A stretch of DNA of 64,000 nucleotides, from assembly GCF_009914755.1 (NCBI RefSeq), contig NC_060935.1. One strand, given 5' to 3'. The stretch is from the human T2T-CHM13v2.0 reference genome, Homo sapiens. The notes below the pieces were generated by a model that was not told the origin of the DNA, made no database searches, and saw only the letters and a list, made by a program, of their open reading frames with translations. The position numbers and the translations under genes were made by a program. Shown here in pieces: positions 28,825-42,667 of this stretch (positions within the stretch are counted from its first letter, which is position 1; the number at the start of each line of letters is the position of its first letter).

Positions 28825-29969
28825 GAGAAGTGTTTGTTCATATCCTTTGGCCACTTTTTGATGAAGTTGTTTTTTTCTGTAACTTTGTTTAAGTTCTTTT
28901 TAGATTCTGGATATTAGCCCTTTGTCAGATGAATAGATTGCAAAAATTTTCTCCCATTCTATAGGTTGCCTGCTCACTCTAATAATAGTTTATTTTGCTG
29001 TGCAGAAGCTCTTTATTTTAATTAGGTCCCATTTGTCAATTTTGGCTTTTGTTGTCATTGTTTTTGGTGTTTTAGTCATGAAGTCTTTGGCCATGCCTAA
29101 GTCCTGAATGGTATGGCCTTGGTTTTCTTCTAGGGTTTTTATGGTTTTAGGTATTACATTTAAGTTTTTCATCCAAGAAGACATTTATGTGGCCAAGAAA
29201 CATGTGAAAAATGCTCATCATCATTGGTCATTAGAGAAATGCAAATCAAAGCCACAGTGAGATACCACCTCATGCCAGTTAGAATGGCAATCATTAAAAA
29301 GTCAGGAAACAACAGAGGCTGGAGACGATATGGAGAAATAGGAAAAGTTTTACACTGTTGGTGGGAGTGTAAATTAGTTCAATCATTGTGAAAGACAGTG
29401 TGGAGATTCCTCAAGGATTTGAACTAGAAATATCATTTGACCCAGCAATCCCATTACTATGTACCTGAAGGATTATAAATCATTCTACTATAAAGACACA
29501 TGCACACATATGTTTATTGCAGCACTGTTCACAAGAGCAAAGTCTTGGAACCAATCCAAATGCCCATCAATGATAGACTGGATAAAGAAAATGTGGCACA
29601 TATGCACCATGGAATACTATGCAGCCATAAAAAAGGATGAGTTCATGTCCTTTGCAGGAACATAGATGAAGCTGGAAACCATCATTCTCAGCAAACTATC
29701 ACAAGGACAGAAAGTCAAACACCACATGTTCTCACTCATAAGTGGAAGTTGAACAATGAGAACACATGGATACAGGGAGGGGAACATCACACACTGGGGG
29801 CCTGTTGGGGGCTGGGGTCTAGGGAAGGGATAGCATTAGGAGAAATACTTAATGTAGATGACGACTTTATGGGTGTAGCAAACCACAATGGCACGTGTAT
29901 ACCTATGTAACAAACCTGGACATTCTGTACATGTATCCCAGAAGTTAAAGTATGATTAAAAAATAAAAT
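28825..29969 (+). mobile_element. L1PA7/8-like LINE-1 with 5' inversion (28825-29175 antisense; 29176-29969 sense)
   Basis: Antisense ORF2 segment joined to the contiguous sense ORF2 end, 3'UTR and A-tail; TSD AAAAAGG(A/T)ACTTT (28811-28823 and 29970-29982). Confidence 0.9.
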
Positions 29970-32039
29970 AAAAAGGTACTTTTATGTATTTTTCTTTCAG
30001 TTTTATAATTTAATTCAGTAATAGAGTCATGAAATAATATTTGGAACTCTAACTCCAAATATTTGAGTATTAAAACCTAACTTCTAACAAATGTTGCCAA
30101 GTTTCAACTTCTTGTCAGCCATATGAGAGAAGAAAAATGGTGCTGCCTTGACAAGCTCTGGAAGTGAGAGAGGGATGCTTATAAAAATCATATAGATTAC
30201 AAATCTTTCGCTGGAGGAAGAGTCATACTGATGACATGTTTGAACAAGTATTGTATGTAATGATCGCTGTAGAGTGCTGTTCATAAATCTCTTTAGATTC
30301 CAACACAGAGAACGCATTGACTTCTTAGAAAAATAGACATGTTACTGCAGGATATTTACAATGTAATTGTTGCTTAATAACTGCCAGATTCAGTATAAAC
30401 ATCACTGCTTGAGCTACCTCAGAGTTCTTGAACCGTACCTACTCTAATCATCTCAGTATTTCCCATCTCAGCTTACCTCACAACTGCTACCTTTGATGCA
30501 TCCCCCTCACTTACAGAATGTTTACTTCTGCTTTTTTGTCCTCATGACTCTATCTCAAAAAACTTTATTCATCGCTCAAGCCTCAGTTCATCTTTCATGA
30601 AGAAATCGATAGCCCTAATTAGCCATGAGTGATATTTTTCTTCTTTTCTGGATAATACAGCTCACTGATTCATCAGGCCCAAATGCGTACCAACCATTTA
30701 CTTAGGGATCTTGGTAGAATATTGCAAAAGCATTGATATTATGAGAAACGTTTTTTGGTTTTGTCACAAACTGTGTTGTTACCTGAGACTGTAACATGTG
30801 AGGTGCTATCAAAATCTAAAATATTATATAGTTAAATAATAAAATGGAAGAAAGAAAATATAAATCTTTTAACGATCCCAAATTTGCAGCAAGAGACTTT
30901 GCCTCAGTTGCAACAGCAATAACTTTATGACCTTGAGGATGTTACGCAGATCTGTTGATCTTGTTGTCCTCATTTATAAAAAAGATAAAAATATCTTGAG
31001 TATTGATATGAGAATTAAATCACATGAAATATACATCAAATCAATTTCAGCATCTGGTACATAACAGATACCTGGTAAGTTATGGTGTACTAATTCATAA
31101 ATTAACATTTCTTTATTTTCAATTTTCAAACCCCAGCTACACATACAACATCTGGAAATAATAACAGTTTTGATCACTTGAGCATGTTTTCCCAGTGAGT
31201 AATACACTGTATGTGTGTGGGTATATAAACTAATATATACATAAAATAGCAGAAAATATATATTCTGAAAAAAATTAACAAAAGGAAAATAAAAAGTGAC
31301 AGGGTATACATGTCTATATTTCAATATTCAGTAGTTTCAATTCATTTTATCAACTTATTCACTTATATCATATAGCTGGCAAACAATTATACTTGGAATG
31401 AAATAAAACGTTAGTTCTTTATTTGATTATACTATAAATTTTTTCTTCAATTTATAATTTTTTGCAGGAATTTCTTATTTTTTTTTAATTTGTTGTTAGG
31501 AACTCTTATGTGAAACATCAAGGATGTTTCTTGACATGTGGCCATCTGAGTGAGTTTAGTGGTGTCAAATCTTGTGTTAATTGCTTACTTCTTATTTATT
31601 TAAATAAATACATGAGCATTAACAGTTCTATTGTTTTCTTTCTGTCATCCCCGTAATATGTGTTTGCATACCTATGCAGACATCCAAATGGGAGTCTACT
31701 CATTTAGGGATTGAGCTGAGTGAGGACTAAAGAGATTAGAAAATAAAACCTTAAGGTAAGAGCACTAAGAAACACAGAATTTTAAGAAATGAAAGAGCCA
31801 GCAGTATACATAGCAAAAAGAAGTTAAGGAGAAAGACAAATGGAGAAAAGATTCACTTATCCTTTCACCTAAATTTATCTATATATTATGTTCACAAAAT
31901 TATTTAAATATTAACCATCCCCCAGAAGTGTATTTATTTACAAATTTTCTAGGGTCCACCTTCAAAAAATGTGGAGCCAGTAAATAGACTACATTTTAAT
32001 AATCAAAGCAAAGGCAAAGCAAAGATAAGATATTTATTA

Positions 32040-32248
32040 TCTTGTCAGGTTCAACTGACAAACCAGGCCCATCTAGATAATCTCCATTTCTATTAACTCA
32101 AAGCCAACCAACTACCTGATCATAGGAGTTATATTTCATCACATTCATAGGGTCTGCCTGTGAGAACCTATCAAGAGGAGGTTGTTAATAAGGTTTGCAC
32201 ACCAGTGGGTGAGAAACATGGGGAGCATCTTAGAATCCTGCCTGTTAA
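32040..32248 (-). mobile_element. MLT1F/G-like LTR fragment
   Basis: ttaactcaaagccaac...atcacattcatagg...catcttagaatcctgcct motifs. Confidence 0.55.
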
Positions 32249-32410
32249 AATATCCCAGTTAAGTCCCTAACTAGCATTTGAAATTTTTAGAATATGTGTT
32301 GTAAAATAATTGTTTTTCCATAGATTAAAACATTTAAAGATCATATGTTTCAGATACATGATAAGTTCATATATAAGTTTCATAAAATGGCATTGTGAAT
32401 GACTGTGTAT

Positions 32411-32411
<1 letters not shown>

Positions 32412-32461
<50 letters not shown>
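32412..32461. repeat. (GT)n microsatellite
   Basis: About 24 GT units seen directly. Confidence 0.97.
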
Positions 32462-32465
<4 letters not shown>

Positions 32466-32938
32466 GAAGGCTAAAATTATAAACTGCCTGACAAAATAAG
32501 AAAAAACTTTCCTATTGCCCTTCAAACTTTCCTATTGCCCTTCAGTTCACATCTTGAAAAGCTTCCCTTCTTTGAATCACCTTTAGCCGTGACCTTGAAG
32601 TTTTTTCTTGTGGCAGGGTCCAAAAATTCCACAGATGAAAAACAGAGCCCTATTCATGTAAACTGACACGAAACCATTCGTGTAAAGCATATGTGTATGT
32701 CTTACACTTTCAGCACAATTAACAATGACCATGTTATGCAATTTTGTAAATCATAAATCTACTGAGGTATGATCAATGTGTTTTATGAAACATACCTATT
32801 TGTATCTTGATATCACTTAACACAGTTCTAATCTATAATAAATATATAAACAGCAATTAAGTTGAAACAGAATTACCATCTGTAATTTATTTCACAGATA
32901 TTTATATGTCTATTTTACATGTTAAATCACACATGATG

Positions 32939-33507
32939 CTAAATGACGAGTTAATGGGTGCAGCACACCAACATGGCACATGTATACATATGTAACAAAC
33001 CTGTACATTGTGCACATGTACCCTAAAACTTAAAGTATAATAATAATAAAATTAAAAAATAAAAATAAATGTAGGTGCTTTGTTGATCGAGTTTAAATAT
33101 AAAGTTTATATTTAAATGTAGTTTACATTTAAATGTAAGTGCTTCATTGATCATAAACTTATCAATGAAGCACCTACATTTGAAAAGTCTTTCTACAAAT
33201 TGCTTTCTATTTGAAGTAATCTAGTTTTTCTCTTTGGGGTGGAAATCTGCTTTTCAGGAAGGCAAATTATTAAACTTACACAGGGTGGGGAACATCACAC
33301 ACCGGGGCCTGTCATGGGGTTGGGGGAGAGGGGAGAGATAGTATTAGGAGATATACCTAATGTAAATGACGAGTTAACGGGTGCAGCACACCAACATGGC
33401 ACATGTATACATATGTAACAAACCTGCATGTTGTGCACATGTGCCCTAAAACTTAAAGTATAGTAAAAAAGAAATAAAAAATTTAAAAAAAGATAAAAAA
33501 AATAAAT
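32939..33507 (+). mobile_element. Composite L1 insertion: L1PA3/4-like tail (32939-33069), ~210 bp non-L1 DNA, L1PA5-like 3' end (33278-33507)
   Basis: Both L1 3' ends have A-tails. The whole block is enclosed by one 15-bp TSD AAATCACACATGATG (32924-32938 and 33508-33522). Confidence 0.88.
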
Positions 33508-34554
33508 AAATCACACATGATGAAAAAGCATATAAAGTTAAAGCAATGGAAAGAAAAAAATGTAACTGGTTTTAGGCACCTGAAATAATTAAACAAATGA
33601 TTCTTGTGCATCTAAACTATGTCACGCACATACACTAAGCATATTGATTTTATGTTTTAAAATGTATAGAAATTGTCTGTGATGGATATTAATATCCTTA
33701 TTTTCAGTTGATTAAATTAAAGCCCAAGGATATTGCAGAACTTCCCCTGATAGATAATTAGTAGGTGAAAGAACTGGGACTTGAACATAGATATGCCTGA
33801 TCTCAAAGCCTGTGCTATCATCTTACAGAGGTTGCCACTGGATGTGACCTGCAGGCACTTTCCATCATTACACTTAAATCTCTCTGATACTCTTTTTAAT
33901 ATGTTCTTGTTTATGTATGTATTTATGCTTTCTCCACTAGAATATAACCTCCACTGACATCAAAGTCCTTGACTTTTTTTATTGTTCTATTTTCAGTCAG
34001 TGCCTGGCTCATAATAGAAACTCAGTAAATGTTTGTGGAATGAATGATTAAAGTATAGAACTATTTTTGAAGCTCAATTTGGCTCTTAGTGTTGAGGCAA
34101 TTTAAGGATAACAAAGGTAATTTATTAGATTGTCTAGATTTCATTTGTGTGGCCAAAAAGGGAAAAATAAAAATACATTTGTGGAAGCAAAAGTTACTGC
34201 AATAGTTTTCGATAAAATTATATTTACTCTTTAGATAACATTGGTTACTCTCCTTAGATCTTAGCTATAGTTGCAGTTTTCTCTCAGTGACCCCACCTCT
34301 TACCCTGTAATGTAGTGTAGCTTTTTTAAATGAAGAGGTTTTATTTAAGAATTAAATTATGTTGTTTCCAAGGGAGCTTCCCTAGAAGTAAGCCCATTGG
34401 TTTAATTCTATATTCAGTGATTACCATTATAACCCCAAACCCAAGTTTTATTGGATAAATCTTTAAATATATAAACACAATTTGGTGTCATCTTGAAGCC
34501 TATATTTTCTCAAGTATCTTTTCTTTCCAAAGCAAAACATGAATATAGACAATT

Positions 34555-35238
34555 TGTTGCAGAATCAGGAGGACCAGAGAGGCCTTGGGGTATGGCAGGA
34601 TCTTTATTGAGTGCACTCACACCCAGCAGACTTAACATACAAACACTGGGCTCAGAACAAAGACAGCACTTGACTTTTATACACACTTTAAAAAGGGGGT
34701 GGGCTAGCTTGAAGCAAGCTTACAGTTACAGTGGCTCAAAAGCAAGGATACAGAGGCAGAACAATTAATTAAATTGTGACAGGTTCATAACTAAGGATTA
34801 CACATGACCATTGCCAAGCAATCCAGATGTCTGTTATCTAGATTTTGCTTTAAAGAGCCTTGCACTGGTTTATCTTCTAACCTTCACTATGGTGCCTAGA
34901 CAGCTGTAGTTCAGGCCCACTCAGGCTTCTTATGACCTTCATTGTACTTTTTAGATAAAACAGAATACTTGAAGTTACTAGTTACAGAGAACAAGAATCT
35001 ATAAACTCATATTATAAAACAAAGGAAACTTTGGTTTTCTTCTCCCTGTGTGGAGGAAGTGCTGGGAGAATCTCTGGAACAGATTCCTTTGTGTCCTGGC
35101 TTCTTAGATAGTATTATCAAGACATTCCCTGGGTCTGGGCTGTGCCCATTGCTGCCTCTGGGACAAGTTAGCCTAATACAGGAAAGCTTATTTCTCTTTT
35201 TAATTTTATTTTTTTTCTTTCTTTAATTTCCCACCTAA
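34555..35238 (-). mobile_element. ERV1-class solo LTR (family uncertain, possibly LTR30-like), antisense to LUZP2
   Basis: About 685 bp with a TG left end and 4-bp TSD AATT. Minus-strand TATA-like (~34676) and AATAAA (~34603) motifs are in LTR order. Confidence 0.7.
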
Positions 35239-37670
35239 AATTTTTGTTATATTTTAGCTTTATTGTTAAAAAAGGAGCATTCGTAAGAAACGTTTTTGCA
35301 GCCCCTCTACTCAGCACCTTCTTCATTTCCTTTCCTTCTCTTCTCTCTACCTTTCCTCTTATTTTTCTATGTTTGGTAATTGCATCACTGTTGATTCTGT
35401 GACATAAAATAATGTCAGTGTCAACTGATCATAAATATTGTTTTGTAACCATTAATGTTAGTAATGACAATAATCAAAGGAGGAGAAAGAAAAAAAGGAA
35501 CGATCACTATTTGTTAATCCATGCTGAATACCTGTTTATGTTTTCTAATTTTACCCTTAAATTAATTCCATAAAGAAGCAGACCCATTTTACAGCCAAAG
35601 AACCCGAAGCCCAGCGAAAAATAACTTGATCAAGGTCATCAATGGATAAGTATCAGAGCTAAAACATAAAGCAAAGTCTATTTCACTCCAAAGCACTTTT
35701 AACCAATAGTCAAAACTACTTTTATACTACAACATTGGAAATGGGTCAAATTTGTCTTGCCTTCCTTCACAACAGTTCTCTGGAATTTTTGATAGTCTGT
35801 GTCCTGTTTGCAACAGAGTGAGGGAACTCTATTAGAAACCCACCCTTTGTGCCTCATCATATTGAGCTCTATTTCAGCAAAGGCTATAAGTTTAGTAAAA
35901 GGCTTTATTAAAGCAGAAAACCTATTCAGTATAGTAATGTGGCCTTATCTCTGGTGCCTCTCTGAGACTCACTAACAATTTTATGAACCATCTTACAAAA
36001 TTTCCACAATGCCTGTGAAGCACAGAAAGAGTAAATTTAAAGTTGCTATTCATTGTAAGATAAAAGTATCAGAAAAAGCTACAGCTGCCTTCTAGACATA
36101 AAACATTTTCTTTAATGTTGAAATGTAGTAAGTTTTCATTATTCAGATGATCAAAGGCTTATCTCGAATAGTTGGTTGTGCTAGCATTAATGAAATATAT
36201 TGCATAGCAGATCTCGTAGTGTTTTCCTCATGACAATGACCTCAAGTGAAGCTTTACACATAAAGAATTTTAGGTCAAAGATATTCAAGAAATACGTACA
36301 TTATATCTCCTTCTTAGAGATTTATAACATATTGTGCATTATGAAGTGAATATCAAATTTCATAGGTACATTTGAATTGCTAGCATGCCGATTAAAAATG
36401 CAAACCCCGTATTTATAGGACAGAATTATCACCCTGGTGTGTTTTTTTAGCAGTGACCTCCTGTGATTATGTGATCAGATCATTCAAGATCAAAACTTTA
36501 AGATATTGTATAAGATTTCTGAGAAGAACTACAATAAATACAACTGTTTAATGTTGAAATCAATTTTTCCCTAAACTTAAATGACATGAACTCCACTCTT
36601 ACCAAGTGCATTTTGGGAAATCCTACACTATGCAAATTACTTTCTGTATGAACAACATTTTTTGAGCTTGATTTCTTACAATTAGTTAATTTTTCAAAGG
36701 GTAAATGCAAGAATAATAAAAACAGCAGCCAATTGGTTTATTAGAGCAAAACAGAGTGATTATAATATTTCCAGAGAAATGTGAGGTTTGAATTATAAAT
36801 CATACAACAAGAAATTTTTCCTTAGGCGGTGTAGAAGATTCCTCTATGTATATAAAGGAATACATAGTATTAATATTCAGAATACTTAAAAAGTATTTAG
36901 AATTAGGTGGTTAAGAATTCAGCTATTGATTTTTAGTCTTATAGTGACAATCTCTCTTTTTCTGTATACTGTAGGCTTATTTAGAAGAACCAATTGTGTA
37001 TAAAATGTGCCTAAATGTGGCCATACAAAGAAAGCAGGCATTTATGAAAATTCTAAAGTATTGAACTATTTCATGGCCAATATTTTAAAATTATTTATTA
37101 CTTATTTAGAGATTATATATCGACCACTTTTTGGTAGGCATCTAGCTGCGATCTAGTGGAGATAAATGTTGCCCCTGTCTTAAAGTTATTCACAATATAT
37201 TGGGGAGGCAGGCATGATTACACATATAAAAACAATGGTAAGTGTTACAGTTGTTATAAGCATTACCTTTAGAGCATGGAAGGATGACTGAGTCTGTCTA
37301 GTAGTAGAAAAGATAAAATATGGCAGAAATGAGTAGCTGGTTTTCAGGGGCCTGCAGTGAAAGAAGTGGGGTAGCACACACATGGGCAGAGAAACGTACA
37401 GATACATGGTTTGTGTTCATTTAAGAGCAATATAGTGTGAGAATAGAGGGAGCATAAAAAATAACCTTTAAAATCTGAATTAGAGTAGATTTAATCTACT
37501 ATAAACCTTTTTATTTATCTTCCACTCAGAATTTTTAGAGTTTAAAGTCAACTTAGCTCTCTATCCCCTGATTCATCGCTTGGAAATAAACTTATTTTTT
37601 TGATGTCAGTGGGTCAGTGGTCATGAATTTTATATATAATTATATACAAATATAATAATTATATATATTC

Positions 37671-37990
<320 letters not shown>

Positions 37991-38124
37991 TAATGTTCAC
38001 AAATGATTAAACTCTTAGGCTCTGCCTTGCACGTGGAAAAGATTATGAGAAATATAACAAACGCACACACAAATGCAGATTCTTACACTACATATGTTGC
38101 TGTTAATTTAAAACTATGTATATG

Positions 38125-38320
38125 ATAAAGAAGAAAGGAAGAGAGGAAGGAGGAAAAGTATCAGTAAGTAAAAAAAGAAAGGGAGGAAGAAAGAGAGGAG
38201 GGAAGGAGGGAAGGAGGAAGGGAGGGAGGAAGGGAAAGAAGAGGGAACTAAGGAAGGAAGGAAGGGAGGAAGGGAAAAAGAGGGAAGGAAGGGAGGGAGG
38301 GAAGGAGGGAGGGAGGGAGG
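38125..38320. repeat. (GGAA/GGGA)n purine-rich tract
   Basis: Seen directly. Confidence 0.92.
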
Positions 38321-38966
38321 ATTGAATATTTTAACCCTGGTTAAAATAGAAGTGAAGCCCAAGTGGAATCCTTTTTTTTTTTTTTTTAATTTATTTTTTT
38401 TTTCCATTGCTAACACTTCATCTTCCTTTAAACTGGTGAAGCTAATAAGTAAGATCAGATATTCTGGCCAGTAAAATGACTGGGATCTTAGTTCCAGAAA
38501 TATTATCTTTTAAAAAAGATACTGAGGATTTTATGCAAGACAGATTGGTGGTCACATTACTTACATTGCTTCCTAGCTTGCAATATTGATGTTCCTGCAG
38601 GCACTCTGATAATTGACATATATAAATCACAGAGTCTGGATGCATTGTAGACATAGTAGTTTTATAATCTTTTACTTCTTTTTAAATGTTTTACAGGAAA
38701 ATAATTTTCCATTGGAATTGTACTTCTTTGTAGTAGCTGACTGCCATAAGCACCACTGTGATCCCCAAACCAGTCAGGAATGCTTGCTCTCTCCTTGAAA
38801 TCCCACTGCTGTGGTGATTATTTTTGTCCCTAGCTTTTGCCCTTTCAGTATGGATCAAAGTGATAGAATCTTCTCAACAGGAAGAATTCAAGAGAGTGTT
38901 TTTGACTCCCCCCTCCACTTTCTTTCTTTAACTTCATTGATGTATTTTTAATTGCTACTTTTGTAG

Positions 38967-39433
<467 letters not shown>

Positions 39434-40191
39434 AGATCCATGGTATTTAACACTCTTCTCTCTTGCTCTTGCTGGGGCAGGATATTGTACTTGCTAGTAC
39501 TATATATAAAGCCATGGTGCCCCTGGGCTTTTCCAAGGCTGCTCTGCTTTCTACTAAGCTTTTGGCTTGACTATATGAGGCTCTCAGAAGGTCAAGGGTG
39601 AGGGGAGTTCTTCCTCACTTCCACCCTCCCTCTCACAGACCAGGAAACAAAACAAAAATAAACAGGGATGATCACATAGGCATATATTTCTTTTTGTACA
39701 AAGGAGACTAAAGAGGATTTGAGGAAGCAGAGGAGGTGAAAAGAAGTACATATTACTCACAAGAACAAACAAAATAAACACAAGTCAAGAGCTTAATTCT
39801 GAATTTTTATTTGTACTGTATTATACTTGACCAAAAATATTGTATCATTGACATTCTTAATATTTATTTCACTTAATACTAAAACGTGGAGTTAGATTTA
39901 ACTTATTTTCAAACTTTGAATTAGATTAAACAGAATTGAATGGCTTGGGCAAAGTTTTTTCAAAATAGTTTTTGAAATGTTTTGCTGTTTTTAGGCAAAA
40001 TATTGTTATGTACTTTTATGAAATATAATTAACATCTTCACATTTGTTTCATTTCTGTCCTGTGTTCATTTTCTCTAAGATATTTGTTGAGATCTTTGAA
40101 TTTCCATTCTTATTCTTTTAGACTTTTCAATTTTTACCTTAAAATGTGTTATTTTGATTCTTCGAATTGTCTTTTCTGTATTGTTTAACAG

Positions 40192-40296
40192 AAATTGCAA
40201 ATGCCTCCTTGCTCTGAATGTGAGGTGAAAAAAGCCCCAGAAAAACCATTGACCAGCTTTGAAGGGATGGCAGCTAGAGAAGAAAAAATACTGTAA
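40192..40296 (+). CDS. LUZP2: LUZP2 last exon, coding part KLQMPPCSECEVKKAPEKPLTSFEGMAAREEKIL-stop (TAA)
   Basis: Acceptor cttttctgtattgtttaacag|AAA; 34 codons then TAA at 40294-40296. Matches the recalled LUZP2 C-terminus (...AAREEKIL). Confidence 0.93.
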   Translation, partial: KLQMPPCSECEVKKAPEKPLTSFEGMAAREEKIL

Positions 40297-41746
40297 ATAC
40301 TAAGAAACTGTGTTAAAAACGTCCATTTGCTATTGTCTTCATATTCTTTTTAGACCACAAGCTTGATGGAAATACTGTTTCTAAAGCATGCAACTTTTTC
40401 ACAATTTTATGTAACTTTATAAAGTAGCCTACACATTTTCAAAGATTCCAGACCAATTATGATCCTTAAGCAATAACCTCATTGAATTGAATACCCACAG
40501 TCAGAAATATTTTGTTGTCAACAGTAAATTGTCCCATATAAATTGGTCTGGTTTAACTCAAATGCTATCTAACATGTAATTCTCCCGGTTCATTTGGATA
40601 TCTAGTACTTCTATGATATAGTTGTCAAAATCAACTGGAGGATAATAAAATATTGTGGGTTCTCAGCATTCTTAGAATCCAAATTACAACCATATCAGTA
40701 AGGGTTTGGTCCACATGAGCCAACTGAAGTCATTTTCCTCAAGGTTGGAATTTGTGCCAACCTAAATACGTTGTTTCTTTGATGGTGTTTATTGCTATTG
40801 GTATTATTTTGAACTAATAACAATTATTTTGTCTAAATAATGCTAAGACAATTCTGTTAAGAATTTTGTCAGCTAACATAATTCATTAAGTATGTTTGGC
40901 ATCATATGGACAAAATATTTGGATGAATGACTAAATTTCTGACACAATTAAATATTTTGGCATTCTATAGACACATCTCCTATGTATGTCTACTGTAATT
41001 AATCCAAGTTAATAACCAAGTTTTCTGAAATACTTGGCAGGATTTTTGGTATGAAGTTGGGTAGTGGAATAGGGAATGAAGAGTGAGTTCTAAAATACAA
41101 ATATGAAAGCAGGTAATATATATCACAAAACAGGGGTCTGATGAAAGTACAATAGCCATGTTGATTCAATAAACCCAGATGCATATTTTTTGAAAACCAA
41201 TGTGTTATTGAAACAAATCAATGGCAGTGTTAATCCATAAGAGTTCTGATTTTCTATAGGAATATCACTAATCAAAAAAATGCACTCATGAATAATTGGA
41301 AGATAGCTCACAAGCAAGAGGAATTGACCCTTGAATAATTATCTGATTAATAGGTTTCATAGGGCATTCAAAGTTGCAGACTCAGTTAATGACTACAGTT
41401 AAGTTGTCTGGACTGAAAAGTCATTTCTTTTGTTTAGAACCTTTTTGCAACCGTAGAAAGCATATTAAACCATTGGTTTTGCAGGATGGATCTGTCAAAC
41501 CACAATATATACATTTGGATCAGTGTATCCTAGGAGACAGTTAATAAAAATGTATTAAAGGAAATCTTTAATCAATAAATGAACTTAGATTCTGAGATTT
41601 AATGGCATACCTCTGATCAAAATGGCATATTTAAAGAAATTTAAAGATTTGGAGAATTGGAAAATATCGTTAGCTGTAAAAGTAATATTATGACATATTT
41701 ATGTAGCACTTCTATTTTCAGAATAGTTCAGTGTCATTCATTAGCA

Positions 41747-42093
41747 CAGGCAGGTCCCAACCACAATGGTTCAACTTAACGGTTTTTTCATGATTCTGTG
41801 AAAGCTTCATAATTTCTACATGCTTTGAATTTTGAATTTTGTTATTTTTTGGAGGGCTAGTGATACATGGTCCATGAAATATTCAACACTTTATTATAAA
41901 ATAGGGTTTGTGTTAGACAATTTGCCCAACTGTAGGATGAGGTATATGTTCTGAGCACGTTTAAGCAGGTTTAAGTTAGGGTGGGCTATGATTTTCCATT
42001 TAGGTATCTGAAATGCATTTCAGACTTACAATGTTTTCAACCTTTGATTTCTTTATCTGTATGTAATCCTATTGTTAAATCAAGGAGCATTCA
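41747..42093 (-). mobile_element. MER47-type (Tigger5) DNA transposon in the 3' UTR
   Basis: attcaacactttattataaaatagg...tttgcccaactgtagg...ttctgagcacgtttaag matches the recalled MER47 reverse complement. Confidence 0.75.
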
Positions 42094-42667
42094 TATTTTT
42101 CATAAAACCGGCTACCCAAGGAAAAAAATAATTAGCTTTATGGATGATCCATAGAGCTTTCAGATGAAGTGACTAGGATAAAATAAAAGATGAAGGTCTG
42201 AGGTTTCTTCTGACTCCTTCATATTTCTAAAAATAATCATACAAACTAGAATACTGCTAGTCTCCCAAGTCCTGTTCCTTGTAATTCTCCCACTGTTCTC
42301 AGTGGCCCTAACCATCTCTATAGGTTCCTGACAGGGAAGCAGATCATTTAGTTTTAATTTATGTTCAGTCTCCCACCTCCACCCTGGGGCCCAACTTCCC
42401 TTGCAGGCCTTGTGGGTCCTATAGAAAGTTATTCACCATGTAATCTAGCACAGCATGTTTTGAAGCATCTTTGGAATGAAAAAAAAGAAGAATCAGGCTG
42501 TTATTTCCTGAAATTGTTATGAGAGATAACATGTTGAAAGGTAAGAACTCAGGTTGATATTAATCATGTTTTTATCAATCTTCATTTTAAAGTTGTTTTT
42601 GTTCTGTATATTCTAAATTCCTTTTATTAATTCCTGGCTTGATCAAGTGGGCTTTGGATCCATATGA

